From: a virus
Direction: 5' to 3' (one strand)
Length of the DNA: 64,000 nucleotides
Virus record (IMG/VR): IMGVR_UViG_3300045988_133913
Coordinates: 1-64,000 of that record
Part shown: one piece after another, positions 35,855-45,615 of the stretch
Layout of the letters: each line of letters begins with the position of its first letter
How positions within the stretch are numbered: the stretch's first letter is position 1
Notes under the pieces: model-generated
Told to the model about the DNA's origin: nothing
Seen by the model: the letters and a program-made list of their open reading frames with translations, nothing else
Databases searched by the model: none
Translations under genes and position numbers: made by a program

Positions 35855-36072
35855 CGTTTTTCTCCGTTTACATCGTCAAGGGCTTGCTGATAGCCTGCCC
35901 GAAATGCCATCCACGCCAAGTTCACCCGGTAGTCCCGGAACGTCACGCTCTTACTGGTAGCGTTGAGGTCGTAGTTAAACCTGAACCGGTAGGCGTTTTT
36001 GTAGGCATTCACCTGTTGCTGCCATGCTAGGAAGCGGTTGGCGTAGTGCAGATTGTTGATATTATTTCTCAC
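35851..36072 (-). CDS. small hypothetical protein (GTG start)
   Basis: In-frame GTG at 36072 overlaps the polymerase stop, with GGAG 10 nt upstream. Weak evidence. Confidence 0.25.
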   Translation of the reverse strand: MRNNINNLHYANRFLAWQQQVNAYKNAYRFRFNYDLNATSKSVTFRDYRVNLAWMAFRAGYQQALDDVNGEKR

Positions 36073-38087
36073 AGATATTTCTCCGGGTGTACCGTGAATA
36101 ACTTGCCGTAATTCCTGCCGACGTCCACCTCGCAGTCGAGGACGCCCTGCGGAAACCACGGCGGACTGGTTTTCATTGCGCGGCAATGGATAATCGCCGC
36201 TGCCGCTGCGTCCCGCTCCGGCACGACTGATACCCACTCGTCATGTACGTTCAGGTTTATCGGCACGCCTGCTTTGGCGATTTCCAGCGCTTGCCATTTG
36301 AGAATGTCAAATGATTGTTTCTGCACAAGATTTTCCGATAAGGCGCTTCCCCAGATGCGCTTACTCAGCATCCCTCTGCCTTTCATCTGGTCGTACACAT
36401 AGTTTGTTTTACCTTCCTCATCGGCTTCTCGGCGCAGGTTCTGATACCAGATGCGTGTGCCGTTCGGGAACAGGATAGAGGGAATAACTACCCCGTGGAA
36501 GGTGCTTGTGCCGTCGGCGAAAAACATCCGGTCATCTGCACCGCCGAACCACATCTGCTGCCCACCGTACATCACATCCAGCGCGCGCTGGCAGGTCTTC
36601 CAGAACTGGACAATCTTGTGGTTCTTGGTACGGAAAGCCGCGATAAGTTCATCTGCCATATCTGCCGCTTCTTGGTTTTTCTCCAGTATCATCCGGTACT
36701 TAAACGTAGCAGCCGACATACCGTAACCCGCCGCGAGGCAGACGAGCTTGCCCATCTGGCGCATGGCTTTACCTTCTTTGGACTTCTCCACCTTCGCCGC
36801 GTGCAGGATTTCATCGTAGGTCTTGTGGTAAATCGCTGCCGCCATATCCACGTAGGGGTCGAGGTCGTCCTGAAAGACTTTTACCAAGTCCTGCTGGTCG
36901 GACGCCACAGCGTTTACCCGCAGCTCAATCTGGCTACTGTCCGTCGGCAATACGATATGCCCTTGCTTTGCCCGCATACTTTGGCGTAAGATTGGTTCTT
37001 TAGAACGCTTCGATAGGTTCTGCCAATTACAGGCTTCACCTCCGCCGAAGCGCCCTGTATGGGCAGCGGCGTAGGAAAGGTAAATCGGCGCAAGCCCCCG
37101 ACTCGCAATATCCAGAAACGTCTGGGTGCGGGTCGCTTCCATACTGGACTGTGCGCCTAGTTTGGTTTCAACCAGCAACTGCACCGTTTCATCGTCATGG
37201 TCTTTGAGAGCCAAAAATTCTTGGTCAGTCTTGCTTACCGCAGGAATTAGCTGTTTCTTTTTCTCGCTCCACTTCATCGGGCAATCCACACCCAGATTTT
37301 CCAGCAGCTTGACGAATTTCGAGCTGCTACGCAGGTTCTTGTGCAAGTCATCGAGGTCGGTAAAGCCTAGCACCGCTGCCAGCTCGGACAACTTTTCCTG
37401 CCGCTCTGCTTCCAGCCGCACGGCGTAGTCTTGTAGCAGCGGCACGTCGAGGTCGAATGCGGGCTTTGTCCACATTTTGGTCGTCAGGTCGCTCATCAGC
37501 AGCTCGCTCACCTGACACATGGGCAGCATATAGCTGTAAAGCTCGTAGCCCAAGTCGCTGTCGAGTATGCAGTAGTCGCCGTAGGCTTGCCACTGCGCCT
37601 CGGTCATGTCGTCGGCGTGAACGCCTAACATATCGTGGACAGTCCCGCGTTTCTGCTCCGCTACAAGCCCCTGCGCCTGCATCCAGCCGGACAGTTTAGC
37701 AAGGCTCTTACCGCCTGCTACGCGGTCTAGCGCGGACAATTTCGCCATGATAACGGTGTCCACGGTGAACAGCGGGTGGACGTTGTAACGCAGTCCAAGA
37801 ATGCCTTGGTCGAAGGTGCAGTTGTGGGAAATAAACGGTGAAGTTTCATAGGCTTGGACTAATTCTTTGATATAAGGTAACCCTTCTTCCCTACGGTAAA
37901 ACTCGGCAGGGTTGCTACCGACCTTTATCGAAACTCCAATCATTTCAAACTGGTTGCAGCGGATATACTTCTCCGTAGTGATTTTTGACAGAGAATAATC
38001 CTTGTCGTAGTAGGTTTCAAAGTCTATGACGATGGGCAATCCCCAGTTGATTTTGGACGGGTCGCGGTAAAGGTCAGTCGGGGTCAT
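36069..38087 (-). CDS. family A DNA polymerase with 3'-5' exonuclease domain (T7-like)
   Basis: Exo motifs VIDFETY and HNCTFD. Pol motifs SQIELR (A), RQMGKLVCLAAGYG (B) and VHDE (C). Start moved to ATG 38087, which has GAGGAG upstream. Confidence 0.85.
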   Translation of the reverse strand: MTPTDLYRDPSKINWGLPIVIDFETYYDKDYSLSKITTEKYIRCNQFEMIGVSIKVGSNPAEFYRREEGLPYIKELVQAYETSPFISHNCTFDQGILGLRYNVHPLFTVDTVIMAKLSALDRVAGGKSLAKLSGWMQAQGLVAEQKRGTVHDMLGVHADDMTEAQWQAYGDYCILDSDLGYELYSYMLPMCQVSELLMSDLTTKMWTKPAFDLDVPLLQDYAVRLEAERQEKLSELAAVLGFTDLDDLHKNLRSSSKFVKLLENLGVDCPMKWSEKKKQLIPAVSKTDQEFLALKDHDDETVQLLVETKLGAQSSMEATRTQTFLDIASRGLAPIYLSYAAAHTGRFGGGEACNWQNLSKRSKEPILRQSMRAKQGHIVLPTDSSQIELRVNAVASDQQDLVKVFQDDLDPYVDMAAAIYHKTYDEILHAAKVEKSKEGKAMRQMGKLVCLAAGYGMSAATFKYRMILEKNQEAADMADELIAAFRTKNHKIVQFWKTCQRALDVMYGGQQMWFGGADDRMFFADGTSTFHGVVIPSILFPNGTRIWYQNLRREADEEGKTNYVYDQMKGRGMLSKRIWGSALSENLVQKQSFDILKWQALEIAKAGVPINLNVHDEWVSVVPERDAAAAAIIHCRAMKTSPPWFPQGVLDCEVDVGRNYGKLFTVHPEKYL

Positions 38088-38098
38088 TTGTTTTCTCC

Positions 38099-38380
38099 TC
38101 ACGGTCTTCTCGCCAATAAATTAACTCCCCATGACAAATCTTCTGCCACGACTATCTCCATGCCTAGCACCATACTAAGCTCTGCGTCAGCCGCAACGGG
38201 AGGGTCTATCTCCATGCACAGCGCTTGGTAAGTAGCTACGTCTAGCACTATATGGGTAGGTTCTTTACCGATGCGGCGCATATAGTCATTACGTGCAGAA
38301 TCAAATTTCTTCAATAAACTTTGTAATGTGCCTTTGCTAAGGTCTATATGTTGGTTCATGACTGTTTCTCCGTTATTCAT
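38099..38380 (-). CDS. hypothetical protein
   Basis: 93-aa ORF. Confidence 0.4.
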   Translation of the reverse strand: MNNGETVMNQHIDLSKGTLQSLLKKFDSARNDYMRRIGKEPTHIVLDVATYQALCMEIDPPVAADAELSMVLGMEIVVAEDLSWGVNLLARRP

Positions 38381-38792
38381 CTTCTATCGGGTAATGACGA
38401 AGGGTGTTGATAACATCGTTGTCAACGCCCGGCTCAAACGTACCGATACGCACGGCATCTATTTCATAGCGCTGCGGGACTACCCATACCCCGTGCTGTT
38501 CTTCTGGCTCTATCGGGTAGCTGAACACGCTCCCGTCGTCATCGGTTGCCACCCACTCATGGTCTGAGGGAATGCTGATTTTCACGCCGTAGTAATTGAC
38601 TACCCGCGTAGAGCGGTGACTAAAGTGTCTGTGTTTCATTGTTCTCTCCTTCGCCCCATGCAATGGGCAATCACGAGTAATCCACCAGTAACTTCCATCT
38701 GCTCCCTGCCCATGATTGTTGTCGAGTACGGGGCAGGTGCAGCCTTGTTCGATTGCTTCATCGCTGCCGGGATTTGGTATTGTTGTGTTCAT
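38373..38792 (-). CDS. hypothetical protein with N-terminal Cys/His cluster
   Basis: 139 aa. Residues CTCP...C.LHG suggest a possible zinc-binding site. Confidence 0.4.
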   Translation of the reverse strand: MNTTIPNPGSDEAIEQGCTCPVLDNNHGQGADGSYWWITRDCPLHGAKERTMKHRHFSHRSTRVVNYYGVKISIPSDHEWVATDDDGSVFSYPIEPEEQHGVWVVPQRYEIDAVRIGTFEPGVDNDVINTLRHYPIEDE

Positions 38793-39523
38793 ACCCGCAC
38801 CTCCTGAAGGCTATCTCGCCAGTTTGCTATACTTGTTGACTCATCCCGCCAAGCGACCTGCGCCACGCGACCTCTACCCATTGACGACCAAGTTTGGGTA
38901 GATTTATCAGTAACGATATTGTCTGGCTTAACTTCGTAACACCATACGGCGCCGCTTATCTGCATAGCAATAAACCGCGCCCATGTCGGAACGATAAGGT
39001 CAGCACCGTAATAGTCTTTGACTATGCGAGATTCTGGTTCTTTATGTCTAGCAAATAATCGGTTATACAATTCTTTAGTAAAATCCTCATCCTGTAGAAA
39101 CTTCGATACTGCGTGTTTCATCCAACTGTCCCATGTAGCTTGCAAAGTATTACCTTCAGCCCGATAAGATAGGGCGTCCGCAAGGCTGTTAAGTTCGAGT
39201 TCTTTCGCCTCGCTTTGGAGTAGCCCAATCACGTGCAAATTCCACGCCTGCTCCAGTTTGGCAGCCTCCTCAATCATCCATTTCTGGTCGTGCGGGCAGT
39301 GGGTAAGGGTGTCTTTCCAGTTCTCGTCTTCGAGTTTTGCGCGGGCGTCAATATTCCAAATCTCCCCGCCCGTCACATCCCATACGCTACCGATAACGCA
39401 TGGTTCATCCGTGAATGCCGTAATTGTTCCGTCTTTATCAACAGCTAGCCAGTTAGCATTAACATTGATACGTAGGGCATTACCGTAAAACATCACGGTC
39501 TTATAAGGTGTTTTAAGTTTCAT
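38789..39523 (-). CDS. hypothetical protein, paralog of 33305-34084
   Basis: Start moved to ATG 39523, which has GGAG 7 nt upstream and an ATGA overlap. Blocks align with the 33305 gene. Confidence 0.5.
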   Translation of the reverse strand: MKLKTPYKTVMFYGNALRINVNANWLAVDKDGTITAFTDEPCVIGSVWDVTGGEIWNIDARAKLEDENWKDTLTHCPHDQKWMIEEAAKLEQAWNLHVIGLLQSEAKELELNSLADALSYRAEGNTLQATWDSWMKHAVSKFLQDEDFTKELYNRLFARHKEPESRIVKDYYGADLIVPTWARFIAMQISGAVWCYEVKPDNIVTDKSTQTWSSMGRGRVAQVAWRDESTSIANWRDSLQEVRV

Positions 39524-39807
39524 TTCTCCATCTCCCGTATAACAGCCGCACTGACAGAAAGCACAAACTGTAATAAAGCAACCGCAATCCACACCTCCGG
39601 CACAGTCACTATGCCGATAGTGTTTATTAACAATACGCCGATAACCGAAATAACACCGCCAATCATCCGCGTACTTGGATACGGTCGCTCCGTAAACACA
39701 ATCGCCTCCACTTCTTTGTGAAACGTCCAAAGCAAACAGCCTACGGCGGCTACCAGTATCGCCACATCAAACGCTTGCACCCATAAAATGGTATATGATT
39801 CGTTCAT
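39520..39807 (-). CDS. small membrane protein (3 TM)
   Basis: Highly hydrophobic 95-aa ORF. Confidence 0.4.
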   Translation of the reverse strand: MNESYTILWVQAFDVAILVAAVGCLLWTFHKEVEAIVFTERPYPSTRMIGGVISVIGVLLINTIGIVTVPEVWIAVALLQFVLSVSAAVIREMEK

Positions 39808-39944
39808 TTCTGCACCTCCCGTTCTTTTTCTTTTCTACTTGCGGCTACTTCTTTTTGAATCGCCACTACTTCCACTACTGCATTCATAAGCGCTGCTACT
39901 TTTTGTTTGAAACCTATTTTCATAATAAGCTCCTTGTTAAAATT

Positions 39945-40592
39945 TCAAGCCATTCTCTGTGCAAAAGCTATTGCAGCTTCCTTACTAGAAAAGCACAAGC
40001 CTCTGCTAAGCCGGTATTTATCGTCATCAATATCTAGCCATTGCGTTTCATAATAACCGTCGTCTGCCGTAATATCAGCGTAATAATAGCGTTCTCTCAT
40101 ACGGACGCCCGGAAGAAAGTTTACTATACGCATCCAACGGTCAAGCAATACTTTCTCTATACCCTTAGTCCGTATGCTACGCAATGCTTCTCTGCATTGC
40201 TCCTCAATATCATCCGAATATACACCTTTTCGTATCGACTCCCACAAGAATGTGTCTTGATATTGACACAACTCATCTAGCACAGCGCTAGGGATTTTGT
40301 ATCCTTTATTGTGGTGCTTGTATAGGGCGACATAAACACTAGCGAAGTAATTAAAAGTGCCTTTGTTATCACTATCGGTTACTAGCTCGATGAGTTTAGC
40401 GTAACCCGCAGCGCTTTTTCTTTGCCGCTCTGCCGCTTCTTTTTTAGCCGACGCTAGTTCTTTTTTAAGTGCTGATATTTCTCTTGTAAGAGTTGCTACT
40501 TCTTCTCTAAGACTCTCAATTTCTCTCATAGTCTGTTCGTGTGGGTCAAATGCGCTTCTATAAAGTCTTTCGTCGTCTTCCCAAGTATTCAT
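39945..40592 (-). CDS. hypothetical protein, member of a C-terminal-motif family (..YRLSRGLCFSSKEAAIAFAQRM)
   Basis: N-terminal coiled coil. C-terminal module aligns with the 40743, 42099 and 46077 genes. Confidence 0.45.
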   Translation of the reverse strand: MNTWEDDERLYRSAFDPHEQTMREIESLREEVATLTREISALKKELASAKKEAAERQRKSAAGYAKLIELVTDSDNKGTFNYFASVYVALYKHHNKGYKIPSAVLDELCQYQDTFLWESIRKGVYSDDIEEQCREALRSIRTKGIEKVLLDRWMRIVNFLPGVRMRERYYYADITADDGYYETQWLDIDDDKYRLSRGLCFSSKEAAIAFAQRMA

Positions 40593-40742
40593 AAGTTCCT
40601 CGGCTAAATTAATTATTTACGTTTCCAGAACATCGCGTCGGTCAGTAGGGCGATGCCCGCGAAAGCTATCGCGAACACCGCACATACCAGACTAAAGCAC
40701 AGGCTGCCGATGAACCAGTCCCATGCGTGGGAAAGGATGAAG

Positions 40743-41390
40743 TCAATCATCGTGAAGCATCCTCTTGGCGCGGGCTACCGCCTCATCCTGTGAGAGATAC
40801 ACCAGCCCACGGCGGAACAGGCGAACATCGTCAGCATCGCCTTCCCACTTGAACTCACGGTAATACCACGTCTCACATGGTATGGGGACGTAGTATGCCT
40901 GCCCGATACGCAGCGCATCTTTTAGGTGGGTTTCTTGTTCAGGCTTTGCTGCTGCGGTAGCGTCTACTTTCGTCAGGAAGCACTTGTTGCGCTTCAGGTG
41001 GGTAACGTTCACCGGGTTGCCTGTCCACTCCCACTTGGCGTACCGCTCCGGCTTATCCGGTTCAGGCGTGTAGTAGGTCGGATACATAGCGAATATGCAC
41101 AGAAGCCCTTGCACGCGCGCCAGATGCTCATATAAGCTCTCGTAATAGCGCGTCGTACCATCCGGGGATTCCTCCAGCATAGCGGTAATGACCGGGTGCA
41201 TCACGCCCATCGAGACGGACGTCGTGAAGAACCGGGGAAGCCCGCGTTCTACGCACATACGGATAATGAGTTGCTGTTTGTCTGCGTTGGTGCGAATATC
41301 GTCTTTCAGTTTATCCCACAGGGATAATAATTCCTTCGGGGTATATTTGTTAATACCTAGAAAAAGGCTGTAAATATGTTCTTCAGTCAT
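40743..41390 (-). CDS. hypothetical protein, member of the same C-terminal-motif family (..RLFRRGLVYLSQDEAVARAKRM)
   Basis: Start moved to ATG 41390, which has GGAG 7 nt upstream. Confidence 0.45.
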   Translation of the reverse strand: MTEEHIYSLFLGINKYTPKELLSLWDKLKDDIRTNADKQQLIIRMCVERGLPRFFTTSVSMGVMHPVITAMLEESPDGTTRYYESLYEHLARVQGLLCIFAMYPTYYTPEPDKPERYAKWEWTGNPVNVTHLKRNKCFLTKVDATAAAKPEQETHLKDALRIGQAYYVPIPCETWYYREFKWEGDADDVRLFRRGLVYLSQDEAVARAKRMLHDD

Positions 41391-42102
41391 GATTAACTCC
41401 GTTGTATTTGTGGATTGCGCCGAACCAATTATGTGCTCCCAAAGAAAGCACAATGGAAGGGATTAGTTTGTTGTTAATGAGATAGCCCCAGACGTATTCG
41501 TCGTCGTAAATAATGCCGTCTTTCTCAGCAAGGGTTTTTGCCCCGTAAACAAAAAGGTGCAGGAATTCGTTGGCTAGACGTGTCGGCACAACCCACGTGC
41601 TGCCAGAAAGCCGCCCGCCAGACTCGAAAAAGGTCGCGACGTAGTCGGCGAACTCGTACTCCCACGCGCGCGGAACAGTAGGGGTTTGTTCTACCTTGCC
41701 ATACCAGCGAAGCGCTGCAAAATCAACCCATGCTGTATGGGTGGCTTGGGGATAATTATCTGCGGCGTTGGTGACAAATAGCGCCTTCAACCACATCATC
41801 GCGATGTATGGCATAGTCAGCGGCTCTTGTACCGTTTTATCTGCGTACTTCTCGGCGATTACTTCCGCCACTCTCTGCACCTCGCCTTCCAGCGAAGTGT
41901 CGATGTACGCGGGTGTCTCCCTGCCTTCCAGCAGTTTTTCGATTTCTGGCTTCAACGCCTCGCTGGTGTAAACCGTCATCGGGTTGTCCAGCTCGGCTAG
42001 CGGTTTGAACCGCTCCAGATACCACGGCACGGAACGCTCGTCCGTACCGGGCAAACCCTTCCAGCCAATATCGAAAAAGGCTGTGACAATATGCGGTTTC
42101 AT
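41383..42102 (-). CDS. hypothetical protein
   Basis: In-frame ATG at 42102. The ORF-track start was a TTG. Confidence 0.45.
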   Translation of the reverse strand: MKPHIVTAFFDIGWKGLPGTDERSVPWYLERFKPLAELDNPMTVYTSEALKPEIEKLLEGRETPAYIDTSLEGEVQRVAEVIAEKYADKTVQEPLTMPYIAMMWLKALFVTNAADNYPQATHTAWVDFAALRWYGKVEQTPTVPRAWEYEFADYVATFFESGGRLSGSTWVVPTRLANEFLHLFVYGAKTLAEKDGIIYDDEYVWGYLINNKLIPSIVLSLGAHNWFGAIHKYNGVNHD

Positions 42103-42995
42103 ATCATGCCCTTTGCCCAACGCACAGCAGTTTCGCTATGGAAAAAGCACAAGCCTTTTGTGAATCGGTGCTGGTCGATTGTGTCGCCTTTCCAAGTAGT
42201 ACAAATTGGTCGGTCATCTTCGGTAATTGCGGCGAAGTAATACAAATCGCCGGGCTTAATCTGCGCAGCAAAGCAAACCATGTTGTACCACTTCTTAGCC
42301 AGTCGTTCGTTGTAGTCCACAAGTTTGTCCACAAGCTGCTTGCATTGGTCATACACCGCTTGTGGGTAACAGTTATTCAAGATGGCGGTGCGGACAAACT
42401 CCGCCTGCTTGCGCTTAAACAACTCTGCGGCAGCGTTGCGGTCAGCCTCCGGCAGGCGGTTATCATGTAGATAGCAAAACCAATATGCCAAACTGGAAAG
42501 TTCGGGTTGGTCGTTGGTACGCAATCCACAGTACAGTTTTTGGAATATTCTTTCCTCCGGCTTCTGGCTGTTAAACGCTTTCAGGAATTTCTTAAATGGT
42601 TCAATCCTAGCAAAAATAATTGCTCCCCGATTAGGAATGTCCTGAACAACCTCCCATACCGTGTAGCGGCACTTCAACCCGGCAAGGCTGTGCAATTCCT
42701 CGTGCATCTTTTGGACTTCATCGACAAGCCGGGTGCGTTGCAACTCATACTGGGCGCGGGTTTTCAAATCTTCAGCACAACCCGGATGGTAATAACCCTC
42801 GTGAAGCAGTTTGTGCAGCACGGCAGGAAACTTAAAATGCACCAGCGCGGCTTTCAATTCATTAGCTGCGCTGTGTTCTCCGGTCGCTTTCAGCTCTACT
42901 GCTACCTGTGTCAAAGCCCACCAGAAATTCAGCGGGATTATCTGGGCTTCTTCTACCGCTCTATCTAAGCGTGATTTCAGTTCTTTAACGTTCAT
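42099..42995 (-). CDS. hypothetical protein, member of the C-terminal-motif family (..HRFTKGLCFFHSETAVRWAKGM)
   Basis: Start moved to ATG 42995, which has GGAG 9 nt upstream. Confidence 0.45.
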   Translation of the reverse strand: MNVKELKSRLDRAVEEAQIIPLNFWWALTQVAVELKATGEHSAANELKAALVHFKFPAVLHKLLHEGYYHPGCAEDLKTRAQYELQRTRLVDEVQKMHEELHSLAGLKCRYTVWEVVQDIPNRGAIIFARIEPFKKFLKAFNSQKPEERIFQKLYCGLRTNDQPELSSLAYWFCYLHDNRLPEADRNAAAELFKRKQAEFVRTAILNNCYPQAVYDQCKQLVDKLVDYNERLAKKWYNMVCFAAQIKPGDLYYFAAITEDDRPICTTWKGDTIDQHRFTKGLCFFHSETAVRWAKGMI

Positions 42996-43395
42996 TACCT
43001 TTCTCCAAATCAATTAACCACTCCAGATATTGCTTTGCTTTCTCCAAGTCACGCACGCCACCTTTTTCTTTGTAGCGGGCGAGGTATTTAATTATGTTCC
43101 CCCGCAGGAAGCCCGCGTATTCGGCGGGCGTTAGCCAGCTTCGCAGTAGGTCAATAGGCTGCGGGTTCATCTTGATATAGTGGTCGCCGCCAACCTGATG
43201 GCGCGGTGATTTTTCCGCGAGGCGCTTCATTTTCTCTTGTTCAATAATAACCTCTACGGCTTTAGTAAAACCTTCCTCGCGTTCATCCAGATATTCTTCA
43301 GTCAAGTCTTCGTGCGATGTCTCGGCAAGGAAATTCCTGTATGTTCTGGCTAGCGCCCTCACCCCTTCGCGGGCGAGCTCATCGTAGTCTTTCAT
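42985..43395 (-). CDS. DUF3310-like phage protein
   Basis: GGDHY...NIIKYLARYKEKGG...KAKQYLEWLI matches what I recall of the DUF3310 pattern. Confidence 0.4.
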   Translation of the reverse strand: MKDYDELAREGVRALARTYRNFLAETSHEDLTEEYLDEREEGFTKAVEVIIEQEKMKRLAEKSPRHQVGGDHYIKMNPQPIDLLRSWLTPAEYAGFLRGNIIKYLARYKEKGGVRDLEKAKQYLEWLIDLEKGNER

Positions 43396-44068
43396 TTCCC
43401 CACCATCTGTTACAAGGAAACGTGTACACCTCCTTCATGTGTTGCAATAATGTATCCGGCGATGCCCACATATAGGGCGGCACAGGCGGCGCTTCATGGC
43501 GATAGCGCTCGCGCAGTTCATCGTACCCCCACAGGCAGGCGTAAGCTGACCTAAGCACGGTAACGTGCAGCTTGCCGGGCGGTATCGGGTTGCTGATGGC
43601 GTTACGCCATGCGCAGGCGAACAGCCCCAGAAAACCAACCTTAGCAACCGCTGCGGGCAGTTCGTCCAGCGCTATACTGGGGATAACCACCCAGAGGTTC
43701 AGCTCCGTGCCGACCTCCGGGTAAATCGCCATGCCGTCCATCAGACACGGCTCTCGCGCTATGCCGGATAGTCCACACAAGGACTCACACAGAATGTCGC
43801 CGTGAGTCTGTGATGGGTAGTCGTCATCCGGCACGTGGTTTATGAACATCTGGGCGGCGGCGACGTCGGCTTCGGTGTTGTAGTCCTTCATCGCCACCAG
43901 CGGCTGTTCCATCGGTATCGAGAACTGCACATACCTCGTTTTCGCGTCCTTTAGCAGATGCAGCCATGTGAACCCCCACCCCGCAGCCCTGCGGGGCTTA
44001 CGGGGCGGTTTATGTGCGCCCATGTCAGCCTCCCATCGCGGCGGCGATTTCGGTTTCCAGTTGCGCAA
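43379..44068 (-). CDS. hypothetical protein (start uncertain)
   Basis: 229-aa ORF. An internal Met is a possible start. Confidence 0.4.
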   Translation of the reverse strand: MRNWKPKSPPRWEADMGAHKPPRKPRRAAGWGFTWLHLLKDAKTRYVQFSIPMEQPLVAMKDYNTEADVAAAQMFINHVPDDDYPSQTHGDILCESLCGLSGIAREPCLMDGMAIYPEVGTELNLWVVIPSIALDELPAAVAKVGFLGLFACAWRNAISNPIPPGKLHVTVLRSAYACLWGYDELRERYRHEAPPVPPYMWASPDTLLQHMKEVYTFPCNRWWGNERLR

Positions 44069-44684
44069 GCGATTTAGGGTTCACGTCGCCCGCGCCGATA
44101 GCCGCTGCGGTCAGACTGATAGCTTCCTCGTCGGCGTGGGTCTGTAATTGGGGCGGTACTTGTGCCTGAACAGTTCCAGCGGACTGCCCGGCGGCGTAAG
44201 ACTGTGGGGATTGCGGCTGTGGGGCAGGCGCACCGAGGTCAGCCATAACAGGCGTTTCCGGGGCGGGTGGCGTGATAGGACTCGCCGCCGGGGCCGCAGC
44301 TTCTTCCGCCGGTTTTTCTTCTTTCGGCTTGCGGGTGCGCTTGGGCTTCTCAGCAGGCGCAGCGGTTTCCAGCGCTTCTACGCGAGCCAGCAGGGCGGCG
44401 ACGTCCGCGCGCAGCGTGTCGGCGTGCTTCTCGGCAGCTTCGGCGCGAGCGATGGCTTGAGCGGCGATGTCGTTAGCAACGGCTGCGCGGTGGATAGCCG
44501 TGTCCAGTGCAGCGAAGGCTTGCGATAGCGCCCCCGGCATCGGGAATTGTGAATCTTTGCCATGGATAACCCAGTCAACAATCTTGGTGAAGTTGTTGTA
44601 CATCAGGTCAAGGGTGTCGCTGTTTACTTTCGAGGAAAGTTGGGTGGTAGGTACAGAGTTTGTCATGGTATCTCCAGTTGTCAT
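44025..44684 (-). CDS. hypothetical protein with coiled coil and A/P-rich linker
   Basis: 219-aa ORF. Confidence 0.4.
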   Translation of the reverse strand: MTTGDTMTNSVPTTQLSSKVNSDTLDLMYNNFTKIVDWVIHGKDSQFPMPGALSQAFAALDTAIHRAAVANDIAAQAIARAEAAEKHADTLRADVAALLARVEALETAAPAEKPKRTRKPKEEKPAEEAAAPAASPITPPAPETPVMADLGAPAPQPQSPQSYAAGQSAGTVQAQVPPQLQTHADEEAISLTAAAIGAGDVNPKSLAQLETEIAAAMGG

Positions 44685-44705
44685 GAGGGTTTTCGGGGGT
44701 TAAAT

Positions 44706-45263
44706 CTATACGGTTTCTTCCGGTTCGTCAAGTGCGGATTCGTTGGTATCCGGCTTGGCGTCTGATGTTTCAAGGGAAAGCCATGTGTCGTGTCGCTTCT
44801 CGGCGAGGTAATCCAGAATGACTTTCACCTCTTGCTGTGAGCCAGCGTACTGCTCCAGCAGGTCGGGGTCGTAGATGCCGTCGCGCAGAATGTCACTCAC
44901 ACCATGCACAAGGCAGTAGTCCACGGCGTACTGGGTAGACCATGAGGTCAGCCCCTGCACTTTGGACTGCGAGAGGATGCCGTTGTTGTACATGATGTAG
45001 GCGGCGACGTCGCGCACCAGAATGAAGTGCAGGGCAAGCGCGATGCGCTTCGGGTCGTCGCGGATAACGCGCGCCTTCTGGTTCAGGGCGATGCGACGGC
45101 GTGCTTGGGCAAGCTCGCCTGCATTGTGTGGCAGCTCCAGCGCGCGGTCGTAGTCGATAAGCCGCTGTTCCGTAGCCGCAAGACGTTGCTCCAGATGTTC
45201 GATGCGGCGCATGGCTGTGTTGATGTGGTGCAGTAGCGAAGCGTTGATTTCTTTCTGTTCCAT
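44706..45263 (-). CDS. hypothetical protein
   Basis: 185-aa ORF. Confidence 0.4.
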   Translation of the reverse strand: MEQKEINASLLHHINTAMRRIEHLEQRLAATEQRLIDYDRALELPHNAGELAQARRRIALNQKARVIRDDPKRIALALHFILVRDVAAYIMYNNGILSQSKVQGLTSWSTQYAVDYCLVHGVSDILRDGIYDPDLLEQYAGSQQEVKVILDYLAEKRHDTWLSLETSDAKPDTNESALDEPEETV

Positions 45264-45556
45264 TTAGTTCTCCCATGATATTTGGATGTAGTGTTTAGCG
45301 TAGTCAAGGCGGAAGCCGATGCGGCGCAGATGGTTGTAAAATCCGCTGTGCAGCCTTCTCGGAAGCGTTACAACCACCGCCTTGTCTAAGTGTCGGGTCG
45401 TGACCAGCGCGGGCTTGTAGCAGCCGTCAACCTGCTTCCAGAGGTCGAAACCCAAGTCCTTACGGCAGTAGAGGCGCAGACGCTTTAGCTGATGGTTGCG
45501 CGCCAGCACCTGCGCCAGCATAACCGCACGCAAAGCTTTGGTTTGCTGTCTCGTCA
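45264..45556 (-). CDS. hypothetical basic protein
   Basis: Start moved to ATG 45556 to avoid an overlap with the upstream gene. Confidence 0.35.
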
Positions 45557-45615
45557 TAATCCTAGCAGGTCGAGGATGTGTAGCCAGACGCCTGCGATGA
45601 GAAACAGCAGTACCG

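Noticed and set aside
35851-36237. 128-aa ORF overlapping the 3' end of the polymerase gene
   Set aside because: Only the last 73 codons lie outside the polymerase gene. It is kept as a low-confidence small GTG-start gene rather than the full ORF.
34569-38087. 2-aminoadenine (Z-genome) cluster
   Set aside because: A MazG-like gene and a family A polymerase are present. No PurZ (adenylosuccinate-synthetase-like, GDEGKGK) or DatZ (HD) homologue is visible in the window.
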